Shown here one piece after another: positions 29,972 to 38,108 of a DNA stretch of 64,000 nucleotides; position 1 is the first letter of the stretch; each line of letters starts with the position of its first letter. Under the pieces are notes generated by a model, which saw only the letters and a list, made by a program, of their open reading frames with translations, searched no databases and was not told the origin of the DNA. This DNA is from a virus (lineage: Duplodnaviria; Caudoviricetes): IMG/VR virus record IMGVR_UViG_3300049846_001081. One strand, 5' to 3'. A program made the position numbers and the translations under genes.

Positions 29972-30610
29972 ATGCAAAATTTCTTTACAGTAGCCCTGCC
30001 TCTCGTGGCATCGGTTACGACCAACGTGGCAACACTGCCTGTATTTCCTCCTCCACCTGTGAATGGACCAAATCCACCTTTTTCAATTGTGAAGGAGTTT
30101 GAAGTTACGACAGCGACCAAAGAGGTTGCTCCCGAAAAGCCAAAGGAGAAAAGGCTAATTTGTAAAGGGTGTAATGAAAATGAAAATGTTGCCCTGAATT
30201 ATTTTCAGGACATTGGAATTAAAGACAGAAACGCCCTTGCTACCATCATGGGTAATATTCGTCAGGAATCAACTTTTATTCCTAACATCTGTGAAGGTGG
30301 TAGTAGAACCAGTTGGAGTAACTGTGGACGCGGTTACGGACTGATTCAATGGACATCTGCCAATCGTTATTATGGATTGGGTGATTTTGCTAAGAAGTAT
30401 GGTGGTTCACCATCATCACTTCACACGCAACTTCGTTATCTAACGAATGAAGTCCAGTGGAAGGATATTGAGGGGAGAATGAAAACCCCTGGCAAATCAA
30501 TTAACCGATACATGGACTATGCGTATAGTTGGATTGGTTGGGGGCATCATGGTGCCCGCACTTCGTATGCTCATGAGTATGCTTCCAAACTGATCACGGT
30601 AGAAGTTTGA
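29972..30610 (+). CDS. Exported phage-tail-lysozyme-like peptidoglycan hydrolase
   Basis: Signal-like N-terminus; IMGNIRQES, GYGLIQWT, QLRYL. Confidence 0.75.
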   Translation: MQNFFTVALPLVASVTTNVATLPVFPPPPVNGPNPPFSIVKEFEVTTATKEVAPEKPKEKRLICKGCNENENVALNYFQDIGIKDRNALATIMGNIRQESTFIPNICEGGSRTSWSNCGRGYGLIQWTSANRYYGLGDFAKKYGGSPSSLHTQLRYLTNEVQWKDIEGRMKTPGKSINRYMDYAYSWIGWGHHGARTSYAHEYASKLITVEV

Positions 30611-30669
30611 TACAATAGAATATACAATTGAATAATAAATAGAGGGGAGTGTTGCACTCCTCTTTTTTT

Positions 30670-31068
30670 ATGTTTAATTTTAACTTCGGAAAGAAGAAAC
30701 CAGATAAGAAGCAGATAATCCTTATAAGCCTCATACTCAGTGGTATCGTTGCAACACTCTCCCAATGTACTGGAGTGTCCCCAGAGCGCCTCTGGGACCT
30801 CCTAGACGAGGCACAGAGGACGTTCTTCCCCCAGACCATAATCAACGATGTCCTGCTCCAGGACCCTGGTGTGGTGGATAGAAGGGTCAAGAGAGACGTT
30901 GATAAAGCAATCCGTGATTATGAACGCTTGACAAAGGACTCAGAACCACCTAGAGTACCTTTGCCACGGTTGATTGAGAAAGCTCCAGATGGCTCAGAGG
31001 CTCAAAGATTATTAGGAGGCGAAATGAGGTTATGTGCTCCATGGGTTGACGACTGCCCTAAGGAGTGA
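30670..31068 (+). CDS. Hypothetical protein with N-terminal TM
   Basis: Late box 30636; IILISLILSGIVATL. Confidence 0.65.
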   Translation: MFNFNFGKKKPDKKQIILISLILSGIVATLSQCTGVSPERLWDLLDEAQRTFFPQTIINDVLLQDPGVVDRRVKRDVDKAIRDYERLTKDSEPPRVPLPRLIEKAPDGSEAQRLLGGEMRLCAPWVDDCPKE

Positions 31069-31086
31069 TATAATAAACAAGTTAAT

Positions 31087-31160
31087 GACTCAATAGCTCA
31101 GATGGATAGAGCAACTGCCTTCTAAGCAGTCGGTCGTAGGTTCGAGTCCTACTTGAGTCG
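31087..31160 (+). tRNA. trnR: tRNA-Arg(UCU)
   Basis: GACTCAA/TTGAGTC acceptor, loop CTTCTAA. Confidence 0.95.
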
Positions 31161-31334
31161 TTGGAGTTTATCTCCATATATAAAAGTGATAGAGGGTAAG
31201 TCACTGTTATATCCTGATGAGGTATATTACACTTACTCCATCAAAACGTAGGAAGTGCAATCCCTCTCGCTGGTTGCGACTAGATGAAGGAAAAGGTGAT
31301 TCTGTCTGCACATAGAGATCCCTCCTACCACCAA

Positions 31335-31416
31335 GTCGTTGTGGCGGAATTGGTAGACGCGCTGGGTTTAGGTTCCAGTAGATTAATCTGTGAAGGTTCA
31401 AGTCCTTTCAACGACA
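31335..31416 (+). tRNA. trnL: tRNA-Leu(UAG)
   Basis: Loop TTTAGGT, long variable arm, GGTTCAAGTCC. Confidence 0.93.
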
Positions 31417-31417
31417 C

Positions 31418-31446
31418 TTGACAATCAAATCCAAAAGGTTTATGAT
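31418..31446 (+). promoter_or_regulatory. Sigma70-like promoter inside the tRNA cluster
   Basis: TTGACA-17-TATGAT. Confidence 0.7.
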
Positions 31447-31456
31447 TGTCTTATAA

Positions 31457-31527
31457 GCGGGTATGGTGTAGCGGTAACACGCCATCCTTCCAAGTTGGAA
31501 TCACCGGTTCGAACCCGGTTACCCGCT
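31457..31527 (+). tRNA. trnG: tRNA-Gly(UCC)
   Basis: GCGGGTA/TACCCGC acceptor, loop CTTCCAA. Confidence 0.93.
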
Positions 31528-31529
31528 TT

Positions 31530-31601
31530 CCTCTGGTAGTCTATTGGTAAGGACGGGTGGACAACACACATGGAAACTAGGTTCGATTCCTAGACAGAGG
31601 T
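31530..31601 (+). ncRNA. tRNA-like element with non-canonical anticodon arm
   Basis: Acceptor CCTCTG/CAGAGG, D-arm GTCTATTGGTAAGGAC, T-arm CTAGG-TTCGATT-CCTAG; anticodon arm only GTG/CAC around GACAACA. Confidence 0.6.
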
Positions 31602-31605
31602 ACAT

Positions 31606-31677
31606 TCCACAATGGCGCAGCGGTAGCGCAGATGACTGTTAATCATTTGGTCCCTGGTTCGAATCCAGGTTGTGGAG
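31606..31677 (+). tRNA. trnN: tRNA-Asn(GUU)
   Basis: Loop CTGTTAA, GGTTCGAATCC. Confidence 0.94.
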
Positions 31678-31767
31678 TTGGAAGTGATCCTGCGATAACC
31701 TCAAGAGCACTCCTTCCAACTAAAACCTAGAATATTTCTAGGTCAGGGGGATGGCCTCCCCTGTTTC

Positions 31768-31839
31768 GGGCGATTAACTCAGCGGTAGAGTGCCTCCTTT
31801 ACACGGAGTAGGTCGGCGGTTCGAATCCGTCATCGCCCA
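31768..31839 (+). tRNA. trnV: tRNA-Val(UAC)
   Basis: GGGCGAT/ATCGCCC acceptor, loop TTTACAC. Confidence 0.94.
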
Positions 31840-31867
31840 TTTCATAAATACTTAAAAAAAGAGTATA

Positions 31868-32302
31868 ATGGAAAAACTGTTTAAACTCTTAAGTGATGCT
31901 CAGTCATCACTTTTTGTTTTATTTCACAAAACTTGGGCATTTCATTGGAATGTAGTTGGTGAAGATTTCACACAACTACATCAACTCTTTGGTGGACAGT
32001 ATGAAACAATGTTTGAAGAGATTGACAGACTCTCTGAACATATGAGATATTTAAATATCAAACCTTTAAGCTCTCTTTCAAGAATGCTTGAGGTAACTCA
32101 AATTAAAGAAGCGGCAAGTTCAACAGGGGCAAAAGAAATGCTTCAAGAACTCCTAGATAATAATACTAAGTTTTGTGAGTTAATGGTTGAGATTTCAGAA
32201 GAATCGGAAAATCAAAAATCATATGCAACTGCTAATTTAGTCCAAGATTTAATGGAATCACATGGTAAGTTTGTATGGCAATTAAGATCACATTTGCAGT
32301 GA
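31868..32302 (+). CDS. dps: Dps/ferritin-like protein
   Basis: FHWNVVGEDFTQLHQLF..QY.....EIDRLSEH, HGKFVWQL. Confidence 0.9.
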   Translation: MEKLFKLLSDAQSSLFVLFHKTWAFHWNVVGEDFTQLHQLFGGQYETMFEEIDRLSEHMRYLNIKPLSSLSRMLEVTQIKEAASSTGAKEMLQELLDNNTKFCELMVEISEESENQKSYATANLVQDLMESHGKFVWQLRSHLQ

Positions 32303-32317
32303 TAAGGATGAAAAACA

Positions 32318-32569
32318 ATGATATCAATAAGATGCAAAGACTGTAATAAAGAATTAACAGGACATCCATCAAAAACAGTGACTTGTGGATGTCCTAATAT
32401 GGCAACAATTCGTGGAGATAAGATTTCGGCACTTGACTTATCTCGCATTGTTATGTTAAACTCTTTAAAAGAAAATCAAAACAAAAGTGTGCTGACTTCT
32501 CAAGATATTGCTTGGCAAGAAGCACGTCGCCAACGTAAAGTAAAGCGACTTGATTTTGAAGTCCGTTGA
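32318..32569 (+). CDS. Small Cys-containing hypothetical protein
   Basis: CKDC...CGC motif. Confidence 0.65.
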   Translation: MISIRCKDCNKELTGHPSKTVTCGCPNMATIRGDKISALDLSRIVMLNSLKENQNKSVLTSQDIAWQEARRQRKVKRLDFEVR

Positions 32570-32579
32570 GGACTTATTT

Positions 32580-32663
32580 GGAAAGGTGTCCGAGTGGTTT
32601 AAGGAACTTGTCTTGAAAACAAGCGTGTTAGTAGCACCGTGGGTTCGAATCCCACCCTTTCCG
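32580..32663 (+). tRNA. trnS: tRNA-Ser(UGA)
   Basis: Loop CTTGAAA, long variable arm. Confidence 0.94.
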
Positions 32664-32787
32664 TTACATAAGATACTAACTTAATATTTTCTTAATTTTT
32701 CTGTATAGTACTGTTACAAAACACTGACAATTGGTTGACTTTGAAATGTCATTGGATAGTATATAGTAGTATCACAAGAATAAACTA

Positions 32788-32937
32788 ATGGATCAGCACA
32801 CCTATAATAATTGGGTGAAGATCAAAGAAACCTTTGAAGCTTCTGGCAATACCAATAATATGTTTTATTATAGAGCATGTGAAATTATAAAAACAAAAAA
32901 AGATCCATTAGCAAAATTTCTTGGAGATGAGAAATGA
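32788..32937 (+). CDS. Small hypothetical protein (49 aa)
   Basis: MDQHTYNNWVKIKETFEASG... Confidence 0.55.
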   Translation: MDQHTYNNWVKIKETFEASGNTNNMFYYRACEIIKTKKDPLAKFLGDEK

Positions 32938-33137
32938 TGCACGAACAAGAAGAGTTTATTACACGCTCAGAAGTTCAGGAGATGATTGATGCAGCAATAC
33001 GACGACACAACCGTAATGCTTCTATCATTAGTATGTGCGTCGGTTGGGTGGTTCTTGCTTTATTTGCTGAGGGACTTCTAAGACTTGTTGGGGTAATTCC
33101 ACCTCTACTACCATGGCTCAAAATCACTCTGAACTGA
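32934..33137 (+). CDS. Small membrane protein
   Basis: IISMCVGWVVLALFAEGLL TM. Confidence 0.65.
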   Translation: MMHEQEEFITRSEVQEMIDAAIRRHNRNASIISMCVGWVVLALFAEGLLRLVGVIPPLLPWLKITLN

Positions 33138-33403
33138 TATATTTGGTTCCTTGGTTTGTGCTACTAATTATTTCTATATCAATGTTTGTGCAAGGATGGA
33201 TGATTATGAATGCTCATCATGGGTATTCAAAAAGTCCAAAAGTAAAACATCCAGAACTTAACGACGTTAAAGCGGGAGATCCTTTACTAGTGGTTAAATT
33301 CACAGAAGAAGATTTGCAAGAACTACACCAAAGAATTCTCCAACAGAAAATGGATGAACTCTTTGAAGAACCATCAACTTATGAGGATGAAGAAGATGAC
33401 TAA
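33113..33403 (+). CDS. Small membrane protein with acidic tail
   Basis: N-terminal TM; LLVVKF motif. Confidence 0.6.
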   Translation: MAQNHSELIYLVPWFVLLIISISMFVQGWMIMNAHHGYSKSPKVKHPELNDVKAGDPLLVVKFTEEDLQELHQRILQQKMDELFEEPSTYEDEEDD

Positions 33404-33488
33404 AACACTTTTTCTATTATCAACTGTATATTTTTCTACAATTGCACTGTGGATTTATTGGGGGTTGACCCATGCATATCCACAATAA
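33396..33488 (+). CDS. Single-TM microprotein (30 aa)
   Basis: MTKTLFLLSTVYFSTIALWIYWGLTHAYPQ. Confidence 0.45.
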   Translation: MTKTLFLLSTVYFSTIALWIYWGLTHAYPQ

Positions 33489-33672
33489 ACAAAAATATAA
33501 CTTTGCCATGTCTGCATTTGTGAGGATGCACGGTCATTCCGTTATACATAATCATGATATTAAACAGTTTTGTATTGAATGGTCCAATGGAAATGATAGT
33601 GCTCCTTTAACGGGGCTTGACGAAGTTGATCAGTACCTGTATTATGAATACAAGAACTGGAGGGGAAGATGA
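33472..33672 (+). CDS. Hypothetical protein (start uncertain)
   Basis: Operon context. Confidence 0.55.
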   Translation: MHIHNKQKYNFAMSAFVRMHGHSVIHNHDIKQFCIEWSNGNDSAPLTGLDEVDQYLYYEYKNWRGR

Positions 33673-33785
33673 TTTTTCACCTAGTTGAAACACTAGCATC
33701 AAGCCCCTTCTTTCTTTTTCTATGTGGGATTGGGTTGACAGTCGTTCCTTTTGCTGGTATTATGTTTATACACAGGACCAAGTAA
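33669..33785 (+). CDS. Single-TM microprotein (38 aa)
   Basis: ATGA coupling; FFLFLCGIGLTVVPFAGIMFI. Confidence 0.5.
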   Translation: MIFHLVETLASSPFFLFLCGIGLTVVPFAGIMFIHRTK

Positions 33786-33859
33786 CGGAATGTAGCTCAG
33801 TTTGGTAGAGCACTCGCTTTGGGAGCGAGATGTCGCAGGTTCGAATCCTGTCATTCCGA
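33786..33859 (+). tRNA. trnP: tRNA-Pro(UGG)
   Basis: CGGAATG/CATTCCG acceptor, loop TTTGGGA. Confidence 0.95.
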
Positions 33860-33876
33860 CTCATAAAAATCACTTT

Positions 33877-34104
33877 ATGAAAATGCAAGAACTAGAAGAA
33901 CTTCAATCCTTTACAGTCGAAGAATTTCAATCTGATTTTGACAATCTAATACAAAGAGTAGAAAAAGGTGAATCATTTATCATACGGGACGGAAATAAAA
34001 GCGCAGTGATAGTTCCTTACAACGAAACCATAAAGTACGCGATAGAATCAACTGTGGATGACGAACTGATACGTCTCCACACAGACCACGAAGAAGGGTC
34101 TTAA
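33877..34104 (+). CDS. Phd/YefM-like antitoxin homologue with no adjacent toxin
   Basis: TVEEFQSDFDNLIQRVEKGESFIIRDGNKSAVIVP matches the Phd fold pattern. Confidence 0.6.
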   Translation: MKMQELEELQSFTVEEFQSDFDNLIQRVEKGESFIIRDGNKSAVIVPYNETIKYAIESTVDDELIRLHTDHEEGS

Positions 34105-34111
34105 TTCTATT

Positions 34112-34183
34112 GGGAGTATAGCTTAATGGTTAGAGCGCCCTGCTTATAACGGGGTAGTCTGGGTTCAACTCCCAGTACTCCTA
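34112..34183 (+). tRNA. trnI: tRNA-Ile(UAU)
   Basis: Stem CCCTG/CGGGG, loop CTTATAA. Confidence 0.85.
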
Positions 34184-34185
34184 TT

Positions 34186-34258
34186 GCTCGTTTAGCAATC
34201 TGGTGAATGCACCGATCTCATAAATCGGCATAGGTGGGATCGTTCCCCACAACGAGCA
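34186..34258 (+). tRNA. tRNA with CAU anticodon (Met or Ile2), atypical T-loop
   Basis: GCTCGTT/AACGAGC acceptor, loop CTCATAA, T-loop ATCGTTC. Confidence 0.8.
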
Positions 34259-34259
34259 C

Positions 34260-34289
34260 TTGACAGAACCCCTGTCAAACCCTTATAAT
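34260..34289 (+). promoter_or_regulatory. Sigma70-like promoter with palindromic -35
   Basis: TTGACAG-aaccc-CTGTCAA; TATAAT 18 bp from the -35. Confidence 0.65.
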
Positions 34290-34311
34290 ACTAAGGTCAA
34301 CATTCAAAACA

Positions 34312-34527
34312 ATGACTCTTACAGCAAAATTCAAGAAAGACGTTCAAACCCTTCGCGGTGCAGCAAATGGTGAATTCTACCTTGATGTAAAGAATCCGAA
34401 ACTTTATAAAAAGGTTCGCCGTTTCTATGAAAACGAAGGTGTAGTATTTTCTGGTGATCCTCTTGATGACTATGAAATGCTTATGGAATATGTTCTTGCT
34501 GATCTCGAATCTGTTGAAGTAGCATGA
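34312..34527 (+). CDS. Conserved cyanophage hypothetical protein
   Basis: FYLDVKNPKLYKKVRRFYE. Confidence 0.7.
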   Translation: MTLTAKFKKDVQTLRGAANGEFYLDVKNPKLYKKVRRFYENEGVVFSGDPLDDYEMLMEYVLADLESVEVA

Positions 34528-34769
34528 AAGTAGTTAGGAAACCAACCGTTCTGATGGAACGATTCCCTTATCGTTATGTTCAAGTTGGCATCTTAGAAAT
34601 TAACGGTAAACCCGATTGTCGTATTCAAAAAGTAGATTCATATACTGGTCGTTATCGGGATATGTATCTTTGTGATAATGAAATGCAGTTGATGACTGCT
34701 ATGGAAGACTTTGAATATACTAAATGGTTGGACCCTGATACTGTTCCTTGTTATGTAAAAGATGATTAA
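34524..34769 (+). CDS. Conserved cyanophage hypothetical protein
   Basis: ERFPYRYV...YLCDNEMQ. Confidence 0.7.
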   Translation: MKVVRKPTVLMERFPYRYVQVGILEINGKPDCRIQKVDSYTGRYRDMYLCDNEMQLMTAMEDFEYTKWLDPDTVPCYVKDD

Positions 34770-34816
34770 ATAGACACGGATGGTCTTTAACAGCACTGGT
34801 CGGGAGCAAACCCCTA

Positions 34817-35044
34817 ATGTCAAAATCTGATTTGCTTCGGTGGATTGGAAACATTCTTCTTATAATTGGTTATCAAACTATGTTATGGGGAGAATTTAAA
34901 TATGGTTTAATGATAAAGGTTATTGGTGGGTTACTCACAGTACCTTTTGCAATTAAACTAAAACTTTGGGATGTATTATTCTTATGTGCATTCTTTGGTA
35001 TTACCGAGATATCAAAGTTAACCCAACTTTTCTTAGTTTCTTAA
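34817..35044 (+). CDS. Small multi-TM protein
   Basis: Three hydrophobic segments; late box 34767. Confidence 0.6.
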   Translation: MSKSDLLRWIGNILLIIGYQTMLWGEFKYGLMIKVIGGLLTVPFAIKLKLWDVLFLCAFFGITEISKLTQLFLVS

Positions 35045-35098
35045 AACTAAGTGGTGGAGTCAATATGACCCTATTATGAGTTTACGTCATCTCTCAAA

Positions 35099-35180
35099 TG
35101 CCGTTGGTGCGGATGGGGAATTCTTTCTCCGCCTGGTTTCCAATTTCCAGTCAAAGAATTGGTGGCGAGCCTGAATTTCT
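35099..35180 (+). ncRNA. wcaG-type structured RNA motif
   Basis: GTTGGTGCGGA...CTGG-loop-CCAG...GTGGCGAGC; loop CCAATT can pair with downstream AATTGG (pseudoknot); upstream of a WcaG-type epimerase. Confidence 0.65.
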
Positions 35181-35182
35181 TG

Positions 35183-35210
35183 GAGGAGTTGCATAAACTC
35201 CTCTTTTTTT
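35183..35210 (+). terminator. Rho-independent terminator
   Basis: GAGGAGTT/AACTCCTC + T7. Confidence 0.8.
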
Positions 35211-35228
35211 GTATAATTAAACTAAAAA

Positions 35229-36053
35229 ATGATTAGTGTATACGGTTCTTCTGGTTTTGTTGGCAGTAGATTTTGCAATCTTTATTCCGATCTTGTCGTG
35301 AAACAAGATAGAAATGAAAGAAAACCAAAAACAAAAAATATTTTATATTTTATTTCAACTGTAGATAATTACAACGTTCATTCAAATATTACTTTAGATG
35401 TTGAAACTAATCTCAAGGTTCTCTGTGAAGTTCTGGATTTTTGTAGAAATTCTGATATCACTTTCAATTTTATTAGTTCTTGGTTTACATACGGGGAAAC
35501 TAAACTACCAGCAAAAGAAGAATACTACTGCAGACCAACAGGATTTTATTCAATCACAAAAAAAGCAGCAGAAGATCTTTTAATTTCTTTTTGTAGAACA
35601 TATGGTGTCAAATATAGAATTTTAAGACTTTGCAACGTATATGGAGTGGGTGATAAAAAAATATCAAAAAAGAAAAATGCTATTCAGTATATGATTAATC
35701 TTCTTAAAAATAATGAAGATGTAAGTCTATATGACAATGGAGAACCAATACGAGACTTGATGTATATTGATGATGTTTGCCATGCAATAAACATTGTATT
35801 GGAGAAAGGAAATAAGAATGAAATTTATAATATTGGTAGTGGAATACCTGTGAGTATTGGAGAGGTAATCAATATTGCAAAAACTATATTAAAATCCAAA
35901 TCTAAAATAAATTATATTGATGCGCCAGATTTTCATAAAATAGTTCAATCTAAAGATTTCTGGATGGATGTTTCCAAGTTAAAGTCTCTTGGATTTGAGC
36001 AAAGAGTTTCATTGAAAGATGGTTTGCAAATACTTTGTGATGTGATAGAATAA
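35229..36053 (+). CDS. NAD-dependent epimerase/dehydratase (WcaG-like)
   Basis: GSSGFVGS, YSITK, RLCNVYG. Confidence 0.88.
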   Translation: MISVYGSSGFVGSRFCNLYSDLVVKQDRNERKPKTKNILYFISTVDNYNVHSNITLDVETNLKVLCEVLDFCRNSDITFNFISSWFTYGETKLPAKEEYYCRPTGFYSITKKAAEDLLISFCRTYGVKYRILRLCNVYGVGDKKISKKKNAIQYMINLLKNNEDVSLYDNGEPIRDLMYIDDVCHAINIVLEKGNKNEIYNIGSGIPVSIGEVINIAKTILKSKSKINYIDAPDFHKIVQSKDFWMDVSKLKSLGFEQRVSLKDGLQILCDVIE

Positions 36054-36073
36054 TAAAAGGTATATACTAAAAA

Positions 36074-36805
36074 ATGACTGCATCAAAAACCTTAGTCGTA
36101 AGTAATCATGCCAATCATGATTTGGAGTGGTTGAAGATGACTCATGACTATGGATTTTCTCCAGACAACACTATCATTTACGATAGAACTCCTGAAGATT
36201 TTCCTGGTGGGAAATCAAAAATAAATCATCTAGGAAAAGTTATTCCGTCGCCAAATGTTGGATCTAATCCATATGATATTGGTAGATATATTGTAGATCA
36301 TTATGATGATTTACCTGATGTGATGATTCACATAAAAGGAAATTTATTGCAGAAAAAATATACAACCAAAGAAAAATTTATATATGCTTTGAAGGCAAAT
36401 TGGTTTGTTCCAATTGATGGTGGTTCTCTTTGTGAATCTTATTTTCCTTATTTGGTCAATGATAATTGGTTTGCTCAACCAATGGAGTGGGAAGATAGGA
36501 TCGGACAAGAAAAAGCAGAAGAAATAAAACAAATGAAAATATATCCAAGGATATCAAATCTTAGGGAATTCATTCAAGATCTCTTTATTGTAGATACTAT
36601 TCCCAAATTTTTAAGTTTTGCTCCTGGTGCAAATTATGTTGTTCCTAAAAATTGTATATTAAAGTATAGTAAAAACTTTTACAAAAAAATTATGCATTAT
36701 ACTGACTATAATAATAATCCAATTGAAGCACATTGGTTTGAAAGAGTTTTGCAAATGGCATGGCAAGGTTGTTTAGAAGAAAACTTTTCTTATATTGTGG
36801 AGTGA
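36074..36805 (+). CDS. DUF3431-like protein
   Basis: PNVG...YIVDHYDDLPD, FAPGANYVV, HWFER. Confidence 0.65.
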   Translation: MTASKTLVVSNHANHDLEWLKMTHDYGFSPDNTIIYDRTPEDFPGGKSKINHLGKVIPSPNVGSNPYDIGRYIVDHYDDLPDVMIHIKGNLLQKKYTTKEKFIYALKANWFVPIDGGSLCESYFPYLVNDNWFAQPMEWEDRIGQEKAEEIKQMKIYPRISNLREFIQDLFIVDTIPKFLSFAPGANYVVPKNCILKYSKNFYKKIMHYTDYNNNPIEAHWFERVLQMAWQGCLEENFSYIVE

Positions 36806-36809
36806 GAGA

Positions 36810-38108
36810 ATGAAAGAACAAATACAAAAATTTGTAAATGATTTGTTTGAAAAGGATGAAGACTTTTTCCCCTATCTTTATAATAATGATTATGTAAAAG
36901 GTGAAAGTAATATTTTTTATTCTGGTCCTTATTGGGATAATCAAGAAATAGAAGCGGCACTAAAGACTTTTCTGACTGGAAAGTGGCTTTCTTCTGGTGA
37001 GCAGGTTAATAAGTTTGAAAGGGAGTTTTCAAAAAAGTTTAACTTTGGTCACTCTGTCATGGTTAATTCTGGAAGTTCTGCTAATCTTGTCATGATTGCA
37101 GCACTTAAAAAATATTTTGGTTGGAATGATGGTGATGAAATCATCGTATCTGTCTGTGGATTTCCCACAACTCTGAACCCAATCATTCAAAATAATCTAA
37201 AACCAGTATTTGTTGATATTAATTATCAAGATCTCAACTGGAACCTGAGTGAAATAAGGAAAAAGATTACTTCCAAAACAAGAGCACTTTTTTCTTCTCC
37301 TGTTCTTGCTAATCCGTATGATTATGATGAGGTTCTGAATATTTGTGATGAGCACAATATCCATCTAATCGCAGATAATTGTGATAGTTTGGGTAGTAAG
37401 TGGAAAGGTAAATACCTCACCGATCATGCAGTTGCTGCTTCTTGTTCTTTTTATCCAGCGCATCATATCACCACCATTGAAGGTGGTATGGTATCTTCAA
37501 ATATTAAAGAAGTTGTAGATCTTGCTCGTAGTTTTGCTTGGTGGGGCAGGGACTGTTATTGTGTTGGATCTCAAAACCTTTTAAGTTGTGGAACTTGTGG
37601 TAAGAGGTTTGATAAGTGGTTGCTTGGATATGATAAAATTGTTGATCACAAATATGTTTTTGGTCAGATTGGATATAATTTAAAACCTATTGATATGCTT
37701 GGTGCAATCGGATCTGTTCAACTCAATAAATTTGAAAAGATTCATTATATTCGTAGGTATAACAAGGAAAGACTTCATGAAATCTTTGAAACTATTCCCG
37801 GAGTTCGTGTAGTTGGAGAACACCCAGATGCAGAAACAAGTTGGTTTGGTGTTCCTATTATTTGTGACGGAGATAAAACAGAACTTGTTAAGTTTTTAGA
37901 AGATAATAAAATTCAGACTAGAAATTATTTTGCAGGCAATCTTCTTATTCATCCTGCATATAGGCATTTGGAGTCTGCATTTAACTATCCAAATGCAATG
38001 AAAGTTCTTGACAATGTATTTTTTGTCGGATGTTCTCCCGTAATCACGGATTCTATGATAGAATATATAGAAGAAGTTGTTAATTCTTATAAGGTGAAAA
38101 ATCTATGA
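36810..38108 (+). CDS. rfbH: CDP-4-keto-6-deoxyglucose-3-dehydrase-like (RfbH/DdhC, DegT superfamily)
   Basis: VNSGSSANL, SFYPAHHIT (His in place of Lys), GRDCYC...CGKRF Fe-S cysteines. Confidence 0.8.
   Translation: MKEQIQKFVNDLFEKDEDFFPYLYNNDYVKGESNIFYSGPYWDNQEIEAALKTFLTGKWLSSGEQVNKFEREFSKKFNFGHSVMVNSGSSANLVMIAALKKYFGWNDGDEIIVSVCGFPTTLNPIIQNNLKPVFVDINYQDLNWNLSEIRKKITSKTRALFSSPVLANPYDYDEVLNICDEHNIHLIADNCDSLGSKWKGKYLTDHAVAASCSFYPAHHITTIEGGMVSSNIKEVVDLARSFAWWGRDCYCVGSQNLLSCGTCGKRFDKWLLGYDKIVDHKYVFGQIGYNLKPIDMLGAIGSVQLNKFEKIHYIRRYNKERLHEIFETIPGVRVVGEHPDAETSWFGVPIICDGDKTELVKFLEDNKIQTRNYFAGNLLIHPAYRHLESAFNYPNAMKVLDNVFFVGCSPVITDSMIEYIEEVVNSYKVKNL

Noticed and set aside
31214-31250. CTGATGA hammerhead ribozyme core
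   Set aside because: No correctly placed GAAA or stem II; the heptamer is instead the loop of a simple hairpin
31207-31401. Minus-strand ORF over the tRNA cluster
   Set aside because: Antisense reading of tRNA-Leu and structured RNA
33802-33876. N-terminal extension of the antitoxin-like ORF
   Set aside because: Overlaps tRNA-Pro; the ATG at 33877 is the plausible start
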